DNA from: an uncultured Phycisphaeraceae bacterium
GTDB lineage: Bacteria > Planctomycetota > Phycisphaerae > UBA1845
DNA length: 24,000 nucleotides
Assembly (NCBI GenBank): GCA_964651325.1
Contig: CAZYXP010000003.1
Span: 6,553-30,552, forward strand
Reading direction: 5' to 3'
Shown here: in pieces, positions 16,741-24,000 of the stretch
How the letters are laid out: each line of letters opens with the position of its first letter
Numbering within the stretch: the stretch's first letter is position 1
The notes under the pieces: generated by a model
Database searches by the model: none
Told to the model about the DNA's origin: nothing
Seen by the model: the letters and a program-made list of their open reading frames with translations, nothing else
Made by a program: the position numbers and the translations under genes

Positions 16741-16746
16741 CCCCGC

Positions 16747-17955
16747 ATGGATAGCGTCCTGCTTTTTGAAGACCACGGCACGTTAAACCTCGCGCCGCTG
16801 ACGTGCTGGCGCACCGTGTCCGAATTGCGATTCGGCCGAAAGCTCCTCATGGAACGCTCGGCCCAATGCACTGGCCGTCGCGTGGCCGGAATCTGGACTC
16901 GGGTCGCGATGGCCTCCGTAACTTCCGAACGACTTGGTACGCCGATCAATCAACCCGCCAAACCGGGAACCGTACTTGTCAACGGACGTTGGCTGTGCCC
17001 CAACAAGACCACCTTTCCAGACCCGCCATCGGTCGGAATCATCGGGGGTGATGTCGCCTTTATCGTTTGCGATACGGCCTTGGCACAAGCACTAAACGCG
17101 GGCATCATGCTCGACAATGCATCATTGGAAAAAGCGCTCGCCGGCCAACCCGCCCAAGAGGCGGCCGGAACCATGATCCACTATCCGTGGGATCTGATTC
17201 TGAATCTCTCCGATCAACTCAACTGTCAATGGGATGCCAACGACGCAGCTATCGAAGCACCGCTTCCCTCCGCCGCCGGCAACGCGGATCGGTTGCACGT
17301 GGGGCTACGCACCCGCATCCACCCGACGGCCGTCCTTGACCCGGAAGAAGGTCCGATCTTCATCAGCCATGATGTCACGATCGGCCCGCACGGCGTTATT
17401 GAAGGCCCCGCCTACATCGGCCCGGGATCGACGATCCATCCGCATGCCTGGCTGCATGGCGGTTGTGCGATCGGCCCGGCATGCAAGATCGGCGGCGAGG
17501 TCGATGCCAGTACGTTCCATGGATACAGCAACAAGCCACATCATGGGTTTCTCGGGCACAGCTACGTGGGCAGTTGGGCGAATCTGGGAGCCGGTTCGAC
17601 CAACTCCGATCTGAAGAACACCTACGGCTCGATCCGTGTGCGCCTAGGGGAACGCGATATCGATACGGGGGCTCAATTCCTGGGATCCATCATCGGCGAT
17701 CACGCCAAGATCGGCATCAACGCAACATTGCCCACCGGCGCCGTGATTGGATTTGCGGGAAACGTGGTATCAACCGGCATAGCCCCCAAGGCCTTGCCGA
17801 CGTTCGGCTGGTTCGACGAACGAGGCGTGCAAGCGGGCGATGCCAACAAACTGCTTGACGTCGCTCGAAAGGTCATGGCCCGGCGCGATGTGGCGATCAC
17901 CCCGGCCGAATCCGATCTCTTCCTTGCAATCTCGACCCAATCTCCCGAGCCATAG
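16747..17955 (+). CDS. GlmU-like putative sugar nucleotidyltransferase/acyltransferase (left-handed beta-helix C-terminal half)
   Basis: The tracked ORF is 16621-17955. ATG 16747 gives MDSVLLFEDHGTLNLAPLT..ELRFG, matching the N-terminal pattern of the 'alternative GlmU' family as I recall it. The C-terminal half has hexapeptide-type repeats, e.g. FLGHSYVGSWANLGAGSTNSDLKNTYG. Confidence 0.7.
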   Translation: MDSVLLFEDHGTLNLAPLTCWRTVSELRFGRKLLMERSAQCTGRRVAGIWTRVAMASVTSERLGTPINQPAKPGTVLVNGRWLCPNKTTFPDPPSVGIIGGDVAFIVCDTALAQALNAGIMLDNASLEKALAGQPAQEAAGTMIHYPWDLILNLSDQLNCQWDANDAAIEAPLPSAAGNADRLHVGLRTRIHPTAVLDPEEGPIFISHDVTIGPHGVIEGPAYIGPGSTIHPHAWLHGGCAIGPACKIGGEVDASTFHGYSNKPHHGFLGHSYVGSWANLGAGSTNSDLKNTYGSIRVRLGERDIDTGAQFLGSIIGDHAKIGINATLPTGAVIGFAGNVVSTGIAPKALPTFGWFDERGVQAGDANKLLDVARKVMARRDVAITPAESDLFLAISTQSPEP

Positions 17956-18037
17956 CTTGATGGGGCCGAGGATCCCACCCGTCGCGGTGAACCACAAGCG
18001 CCGTCTCGCGCAACCGTCCGCGGGTAAAAAAGCCGAA

Positions 18038-18069
18038 GGGAGCCTTGCTGCCAGGCAGACAAGGCTCCC
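18038..18069. terminator. strong hairpin downstream of the GlmU-like gene (terminator-like, orientation ambiguous)
   Basis: GGGAGCCTTG (18038-18047) pairs with CAAGGCTCCC (18060-18069), with extra inner CTG/CAG pairs. The A6 run lies upstream, i.e. a T-run 6 nt after the stem on the minus strand. The plus strand has no T-tract. Confidence 0.35.
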
Positions 18070-18431
18070 TCCTGCAGAGAGCGGTTTGAGTCGTTCCGGA
18101 GGTCATCGGAAGCGTTTCATAAGGTAATACGCAATCCACGGCCGATTCTGACAAACCACGTCGAAAAATCTGAAAAAACCTTCCACAGACGACCTTGTCG
18201 CGACTCCTTTGTCACTTTAAACGCGCAGTAAGCCAATATTTTAGAGACACTTACGTCCGTTTCGCGTCCACGTCCGAGCGGGTTTTTTTGAAATAGAGGA
18301 TTTGCACTTCCGGCGGGGCTTTTCTTATGGTATTAGAGGACTAGGAGTTTGGTCTGGTAACGGCAGTTCTCCAACAACGCTTCTTATGGGACGAAGGTCA
18401 TCTCCGGCCCACCAGTACGCAAAGGGACGCC

Positions 18432-19112
18432 ATGAAACCAAAACTTGCGATACCCATCTTATTGTTAGCAGTCATCGCAACCATGGGATTTTCCGCTTGG
18501 GGACCGGAACGCTTGCCGGAGACCTACGCGCCTGAATCCGATCCGCCCGCCAGTCGAGAGGTTGTTAGCAAAACGACTGAATCCAACGACACGGCCGACG
18601 ATGTTCGCGTTTCCAAGCAGACTGCAGCCAACCAGTCGAATTCACCGAAGCGAACCACCTCGTCTGATGCCGCCGAGTCTGACGTAGTCGAGACTGACTG
18701 CCCGCTTCTAAAAACGCGCCCCTTCCGCCGAACCCTCGGCTATCCTTGTCTTGCCTGTGCTTCATGGATGGAAGCGAATGCGCCATCCAAGGTGGGAAAA
18801 TCGAGTCGGCGCGCCAGCCTTGAAGCCGATCAAATCGCGCGAGCGCAAGCCATCGACCGGCTCCGCGAACACAACATCATCTCCGCCGTCGATACCCGCT
18901 CGAGTGCTACAATTCTCTGGGTCAGGGATGGTTTCACGACATTGAATACGGAGTCGATGCAAAAGGTCGTGGATCTGGTGTTTACCCACTGCCTTGTTGC
19001 CGACCATGCCAAGAATATGCTGCTCATCTACGACAGCGCCACGCGCGAACGCATCGGCACGTTTACCGAGCTTCGCGGCCTCAGAATGATCGATCAACAT
19101 GCCAAGGGGTAG
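18432..19112 (+). CDS. hypothetical secreted or membrane-anchored protein
   Basis: 226-aa ORF. N-terminal signal/anchor MKPKLAIPILLLAVIATMGFSA, then a Ser/Thr/Asp-rich low-complexity linker and a ~110-aa C-terminal globular part. No motif recognised. RBS-like AAGGGA lies upstream. Confidence 0.6.
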   Translation: MKPKLAIPILLLAVIATMGFSAWGPERLPETYAPESDPPASREVVSKTTESNDTADDVRVSKQTAANQSNSPKRTTSSDAAESDVVETDCPLLKTRPFRRTLGYPCLACASWMEANAPSKVGKSSRRASLEADQIARAQAIDRLREHNIISAVDTRSSATILWVRDGFTTLNTESMQKVVDLVFTHCLVADHAKNMLLIYDSATRERIGTFTELRGLRMIDQHAKG

Positions 19113-19187
19113 AGCGTCGGGCGAACAGTGGATAGCCGAGCATCGCGCAGACTAGAACATGCCGCGCCACTGACACAAAATCAATTC

Positions 19188-21029
19188 TTAAACCAGGTTC
19201 GGCGATTCGGCCTGAGCAGGTTCCGGCTGCGCCGTCACGTGAAGTGCCACGTCGTTGGATCGATCTGGCGTGGCCGAAACATCAACCAGAAGCTCCTGGG
19301 AGCCGGGAGGGGTTCGCCGGGCTTGGATTGGACCTCGCCACAGCCGATAGGACCATCGCGCCGAACTGATGGCGGTGCCCACTAGCCCCGACATACCGAC
19401 GAGTTGATCGCCCAGTTTGAGCAGGTAAAGCTTGTTGGCGGGGCGCACCATCGAGACAACAAAGTTGAGCGGATTGTAAAAGGAGGCATACGCCAACAAC
19501 ACGTTGAGCTGAACCCGCCAAGGCTTGGTTGAATCGGAAGCCACGACGTGGTTGCCGTCGAACTGATGCTGCAGCACGCGCCGCCCTGCCACCTCCCCAA
19601 AAACCAGCCCTTTTTCAAAGATCGGCTCGTAGGATCGCGTTCCCACCGCCGGCGTCAACACCGTCACTTGCATGCTCTGCGCCCCGGCCTTGCGCAGGAA
19701 ACGCACCTGGTTCAGCAAACCATAGAGCCCGTCTCGCGTGTACAACGGCTGCCCGTCATGATGCATCATCATGGGCATCGGGCTGATCCCGGTCTTGTTG
19801 AGCAGCGAAAACAACTCGGCCGTCTTGCTGACCGACTGCCCCTTCTTGATCAGCGTCGCGGTGAGATCCTCGATGCCCAGCCAAAGTGCCCGCAGCCCGG
19901 AACGCCGCGCTATCGGCAACAGGTCGCGGTTCTTCCATGTGTCGAATTCGGTCGCCTCGGTACCCCATCGGATCATTTTCCGCAACGGTTTGCCGCCAAT
20001 CGTGGCGGACGCCATCTGCTCGAATATCCCTTCGACGGACGACCGTTCGTTAAGAAAGTTATCATCTGTCCCAAAGAAGTAGCGGATACCGATTTGCTCG
20101 CGTAGCTGTCGCATTTCCTCGACGATGCGCTCGCCGCTCTTATGGCGGTAGGAGCGCTGGTTGTACGCCGGAATCGGACAATAGTCACAGTTGAATTTAC
20201 AACCATGCGTAATCGTCAAGGAGCCGATCGGGCTGCGACGATGGACGCGCTCAAGGGCCAACGGCTGAGCAAAAAGATCCCGCTTGCGATGCGGACGCTC
20301 CAGCAAACGATAGCCGATATGCGGATGAGGCATTTCGTCCAAGTCTTGAACCAAGCGTTGAATCCCCGTCGTGACCAGCGGGGCGTCGACCTCATCGCCG
20401 CTGCGATACACCAGGCCGGGAATTGCCGTCAGCGCCTGATCACGGCGAGCGCGTAAGAACGCCTCGCGCATGGTCGAGCCCGCCCCCCGATAGGAGAGCA
20501 AGACCTCCATGAGCTGCATACAAACGAATTCTTCCCCCGTAACCGCCACGTCGGCGCTCAAACTGGCATCGCCGCGAATGCCGAACAAGTCCCACGGCTC
20601 GTAGATCGCCTTGGGGCCGCCCGCCAGGATCAGCGGACGCGATGACGCGGGAACCGTGCAGGCGTCGGCCACAAGCCCGTACGCACATTCCGCGTGGATT
20701 TGCATGCTCGAAACAAACAGCATCTCGATCGGCTTGCCGCCAAGCCGGGCCCGGCTAGGCCGAAAATTCGGGGTCCACTGCTGCAATACGATGCGGGTTT
20801 CGCTCAATCCGGAGTCGAATAGCGCCGAGCCGATGGCACGTGCGCCCGCGGGCGCCATGCGATGGCTGCTGAAGAAATAAGGAAGAATGCGCGTACGCCG
20901 GTCGAAGGCATACGCCACCACCGCAGGAATACTCAGCCCTGCAGCCATAGCGCGAATGCGCCCCCGCAACGCCGGATACGCACCGATCTGTGTATACTCA
21001 TCGCCGCGCTGGCGTTTGGGCAATTCCAC
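19188..21029 (-). CDS. radical SAM protein, probably class-B (cobalamin-binding-domain) architecture
   Basis: 613-aa ORF with a GTG start. The CX3CX2C cluster motif GCKFNCDYCPIP sits about 280 aa in, preceded by a Rossmann-like N-terminal domain as in B12-domain rSAM enzymes. The B12 assignment comes from architecture only. Confidence 0.8.
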   Translation of the reverse strand: MELPKRQRGDEYTQIGAYPALRGRIRAMAAGLSIPAVVAYAFDRRTRILPYFFSSHRMAPAGARAIGSALFDSGLSETRIVLQQWTPNFRPSRARLGGKPIEMLFVSSMQIHAECAYGLVADACTVPASSRPLILAGGPKAIYEPWDLFGIRGDASLSADVAVTGEEFVCMQLMEVLLSYRGAGSTMREAFLRARRDQALTAIPGLVYRSGDEVDAPLVTTGIQRLVQDLDEMPHPHIGYRLLERPHRKRDLFAQPLALERVHRRSPIGSLTITHGCKFNCDYCPIPAYNQRSYRHKSGERIVEEMRQLREQIGIRYFFGTDDNFLNERSSVEGIFEQMASATIGGKPLRKMIRWGTEATEFDTWKNRDLLPIARRSGLRALWLGIEDLTATLIKKGQSVSKTAELFSLLNKTGISPMPMMMHHDGQPLYTRDGLYGLLNQVRFLRKAGAQSMQVTVLTPAVGTRSYEPIFEKGLVFGEVAGRRVLQHQFDGNHVVASDSTKPWRVQLNVLLAYASFYNPLNFVVSMVRPANKLYLLKLGDQLVGMSGLVGTAISSARWSYRLWRGPIQARRTPPGSQELLVDVSATPDRSNDVALHVTAQPEPAQAESPNLV

Positions 21030-21344
21030 GTGTGCACACTCCCTAGCGACCGCTGAAAACGCGGGCCAGACCGCGCAGAAGGTCCCAGTCTAACATCAAT
21101 GCCCAATTTGTCCACCGAAGCCCTCAGAGGTTTAGCATGATGGCTCCGATTCAGAGCCGCTGGCGCTAGCCTGCGAATCAATTGACCGCGAATACCACCA
21201 GGCTTGCGCCGGGTGCTTGGAAACCGGCTTGCCGCCGATTTCGACTGGAAAACCAGACGCGGTTTGGTCGATTCAGACGAAGCAGGCGGTCGCGTGTGCC
21301 GATTGCGAGCGTTTTACGAGGATTGACACTTGGAGGAGAGAACC

Positions 21345-21500
21345 ATGCGTTTTGGTCGCGTTCGATTGTGGGCTGCCGGTCTTGTAGCATTCTTGGTGGG
21401 CTTCCCGCTTTCGGAAAAAGCGTTGGCGGGCGTATCTGACGTCTTCGGATCATCCCTGGACCTCGGTCTTGCCATCGCCGACTCGGCAGGCGGAAGCTGA
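21345..21500 (+). CDS. small ORF (51 aa) with Sec-type signal peptide; not in the ORF track
   Basis: GGAGGAGAG (21332-21340) lies 4 nt before ATG 21345. Translation: MRFGRVRLWAAGLVAFLVGFPLSEKALA|GVSDVFGSSLDLGLAIADSAGGS, with TGA at 21498-21500. It is divergent from the rSAM gene and overlaps the acyltransferase 3' end convergently by 51 nt. Confidence 0.4.
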   Translation: MRFGRVRLWAAGLVAFLVGFPLSEKALAGVSDVFGSSLDLGLAIADSAGGS

Positions 21501-22574
21501 CCCGGAACCCATGGAAGACAGCGTGGAATCGCGGGTGCCCCCCGGCCGCGCAATCTGCCCGGCAACGACTTCGCGCGCGTACGCCTCGCCCCAGCGTGCG
21601 TAGCTCCAAAGGTATTGCGTCGGATCTTGTCGGATCAGGCGCTCCAATGCGCGTAAATATCGGTCCGTAACAAATGCGACAGGATCATCCCGCGCGACCG
21701 TCTCTTCCCGTCGTATCGTATCGGTGGCGATGAGATCGAATTGAAAGGTCTCGCCCAGACGCCGAATCCCGGCCACGACAACGTCCGCCTGATATCGCCA
21801 CGCCAGCAGACCCACGGACCGCAACGCCTTGGTTTCAATCCCGAGAAACGTCACGGGCATCCCGCGCGCCTCGACATGATGATCGGCCACCAGCGCCACC
21901 ATTCCGCCGTGGTCCAGCACCTCCCCAATACGCGCGCCGCCGCGGTCCACGGGAACCATTTCGCAACCGCTCTGGCTGCGGATGCGCCGGCGGTAGGCGT
22001 CAAAGCCCGGATTGCCGTGGGGGAGGTAGATCGCTGTGGCTCGGATCCCATTGTAGCCCAGAAGAATAGGGAACAAATCAAACGAACCGTAATACGCGGT
22101 CAACAGGATGACCGGTTTCCGGTGAAGTTGTGCCTCGGCCAACTGGCTGAACAACGGCTCTGGAATCCTACCGCCATAACGCGCATAGGTATCCGCCCGC
22201 AGCAGACGTGACGCCAACATCAAATCCGTCAGATTGCGAGCGCGATTCACGAAAGATTGCTCCGCAATCCGCGCCACGGCCTCATCGGGCACCCGGCCCG
22301 CCAGGGCCGCCCGACATTGCGCTTCGCTTCGCACCCGAAGCGGGTCCAGCAGACGATAAAGCAACCCCGCCGCGGCCCCCGTCAGCCGGTAGGCGTACTT
22401 CGGACCGATAAGAACGAACAGCACCCCAAGCATGCGCCGGTGTACGTTTCCCAACCGCACCACCGCCTGCGCCCACCATCTTCGCCGCGTGGTCCGCTCC
22501 GGAATCCGCCTGCCTAGCGTCGACTCGGCCACTGCGCTCTTGAGCCGTTTGCTTTTGATTTCACGCACCTCCAC
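21450..22574 (-). CDS. LpxL/HtrB/MsbB-family (lipid A-type) acyltransferase homologue with substituted catalytic His
   Basis: 374-aa ORF with a GTG start, unverified. Family blocks seen: PVILLTAYYGSFDLFPILLG (aligns to the ..GxHFxxxE.. block), VALVADHH..GMPVTFLG and DPTQYLWSYARW. Confidence 0.7.
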   Translation of the reverse strand: MEVREIKSKRLKSAVAESTLGRRIPERTTRRRWWAQAVVRLGNVHRRMLGVLFVLIGPKYAYRLTGAAAGLLYRLLDPLRVRSEAQCRAALAGRVPDEAVARIAEQSFVNRARNLTDLMLASRLLRADTYARYGGRIPEPLFSQLAEAQLHRKPVILLTAYYGSFDLFPILLGYNGIRATAIYLPHGNPGFDAYRRRIRSQSGCEMVPVDRGGARIGEVLDHGGMVALVADHHVEARGMPVTFLGIETKALRSVGLLAWRYQADVVVAGIRRLGETFQFDLIATDTIRREETVARDDPVAFVTDRYLRALERLIRQDPTQYLWSYARWGEAYAREVVAGQIARPGGTRDSTLSSMGSGSASACRVGDGKTEVQG

Positions 22575-22909
22575 AAGCTCTGGCCCACCGTAGCCATTCC
22601 AACGCCCCCGGGCAACATCCGCTCCGACCGCCGAGGCATAGGCGTCATGGGCGACGGGGCGACGATCACTCGGGCGGTCCCGTGGGGGTCACGCGACAAC
22701 GGCTAAGAGAAAACCGTGACCTTTCTATTCTCGGTCATGACGCAGCATTGGCCGCTGGTGGCGGCTGGATGCAATCGCGATCCCAATTGATCGCATTCCC
22801 GAACGCGGTTAGCATCCCGCTAGATCACACGCATGGCGACGCACAATCCATGCCACGCATCCTTGGCCTCGAAATCCGCGGACCGTCGTGAGAAATTCGG
22901 CAAAATTCT

Positions 22910-24000
22910 ATGACTTCGCCAGAAACGCCGGTATCCAGGTCCGCAGCCTTCGTTGCGGTGGTCCTCGTGGCTCTAGTCCATGCGGAGACGTCAATCGCGC
23001 ACGATTTTTCGATCACCGAGGTCGTTGCCGTTGTCAAGGCGGACGGCACCTACCAGATTGATATACGCATCAACGTGGACGCGTTGGCCCTCGGGGTGTC
23101 CGCCGCGCATCCATCTCCCGCGCTCGCGGCCGGCCTCCGTGCGTTGTCACCGGACGAAATGGCGCGTGCGCTTCAGCAGGCTCGCGATACCATGATGCGC
23201 CGCGTTCGCGTTCGTTTCGATGGGCGGAAGGTCGTTCCGGCGGTAGCCTTTCCCGAATACGAGCATCCGAGCATCGCAGCAGATTCGGCATCCTCTGCGT
23301 TTGGTGCCACGGCCCGTTTGTTGGGACGCTATCCGGACGGCGCCACAACGTTTACGTTCGGCGCCTCGCGAGCCTTCAGTGCGATTCAATTAACGATTCT
23401 CAACGAAGTTACCGCAGGGGGCGCAAAATATGTCCTCGGAGCCGGGGAGGACACACCGCCGTACCATCTGCACGAATCCAATACCAACACCAGCGACGGC
23501 GCCATCGTTGTCGGCCGATACATGGTCTTGGGCTTTGAGCACATCTTGCCCAAGGGGCTCGACCACATCCTGTTTGTGTTGGGGTTGTACTTGCTAACGA
23601 TCCGAATTCGGCCATTGCTTTTGCAGATCAGCGCGTTCACGGTAGCCCATTCGGTGACGTTGGGCTTGTCCATGGCGGGCGTTGTGTCGCTCCCGTCACG
23701 GATCGTCGAGCCGCTCATCGCGCTCTCCATCATGTACGTGGCCGTGGAGAATCTATGCGTGCGCGACCTGAGACCGTGGCGTCCGGCTGTCGTGTTCCTC
23801 TTTGGTCTGCTTCACGGCATGGGGTTCGCGGGCGTGCTCCGCGAACTGGGCATGCCACAGGGGCAGTTCGCGTCCGCGCTGGTCGGCTTCAACATCGGCG
23901 TTGAGTTCGGGCAATTGACCATCGTAATGATGGCCTTTCTCGTGCTTGGCTGGTTCCGCAATCGACGCTGGTATCGCAATGCCATCATCCGCCCCCTATC
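22910..24000 (+). CDS. HupE/UreJ-type membrane protein (3' end beyond the window)
   Basis: An open frame, absent from the track because it has no stop, runs from ATG 22910 to the window edge with an in-frame TGA at 22889-22891. Signal peptide ..AAFVAVVLVALVHA|ETSIAHDFS. Contains GFEHILPKGLDHILFVLGLYLL, then further TMs with HSVTLG and LLHGMGFAG. Confidence 0.75.
   Translation, partial: MTSPETPVSRSAAFVAVVLVALVHAETSIAHDFSITEVVAVVKADGTYQIDIRINVDALALGVSAAHPSPALAAGLRALSPDEMARALQQARDTMMRRVRVRFDGRKVVPAVAFPEYEHPSIAADSASSAFGATARLLGRYPDGATTFTFGASRAFSAIQLTILNEVTAGGAKYVLGAGEDTPPYHLHESNTNTSDGAIVVGRYMVLGFEHILPKGLDHILFVLGLYLLTIRIRPLLLQISAFTVAHSVTLGLSMAGVVSLPSRIVEPLIALSIMYVAVENLCVRDLRPWRPAVVFLFGLLHGMGFAGVLRELGMPQGQFASALVGFNIGVEFGQLTIVMMAFLVLGWFRNRRWYRNAIIRPL

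Noticed and set aside
18276-18290. The GGGTTTTTTT run as an intrinsic terminator.
   Set aside because: No convincing stem precedes the T-run. Upstream there are only CGTCC direct repeats.
21027-21039. The palindromes CACGTG and GTGTGCACAC overlapping the rSAM start codon, as an operator.
   Set aside because: This is a single short occurrence with no second site or partner regulator in view. It cannot be told apart from chance.
21323-21328. A perfect TTGACA hexamer upstream of the small ORF.
   Set aside because: A 17-nt spacer would put the -10 on top of the start codon, with no TA-rich hexamer there. It is therefore not a usable promoter for this ORF.

Overview
High-GC (about 60%) bacterial chromosomal window. 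Positions 200-11577 hold a compact plus-strand division/cell-wall (dcw) cluster: murE-murF-mraY-ftsW-murG-murC-murB-ddl, then an FtsQ-like gene. murD is absent from its usual mraY/ftsW slot. Nothing resembling ftsA or ftsZ follows the FtsQ-like gene. Two apparently paralogous glycine-rich 7-TM membrane proteins sit there instead, which fits an FtsZ-less, possibly Planctomycetota/PVC-like lineage (inference only). The rest of the window is more heterogeneous:
- a divergent TIM-barrel sugar-phosphate isomerase-like gene;
- an orphan membrane histidine kinase whose phospho-acceptor His reads Arg;
- a roughly 930-nt non-coding gap with a sigma70-like promoter and a strong intrinsic terminator bracketing an unclassified ~255-nt candidate sRNA;
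- a GlmU-like sugar nucleotidyltransferase with a promoter that predicts a leaderless mRNA;
- an orphan secreted protein;
- a large radical-SAM enzyme transcribed divergently from an untracked 51-codon signal-peptide ORF with the best Shine-Dalgarno in the window;
- an LpxL/HtrB-family acyltransferase whose catalytic His reads Tyr;
- a 3'-truncated HupE/UreJ-type membrane protein.
Intergenic spacers carry a family of GC-rich palindromic (REP-like) hairpins. One is an identical 23-mer on both sides of ddl. No tRNA, rRNA, CRISPR array, transposase or recognisable defence system was seen. All functional calls rest on motifs read by eye, and no database search was possible.
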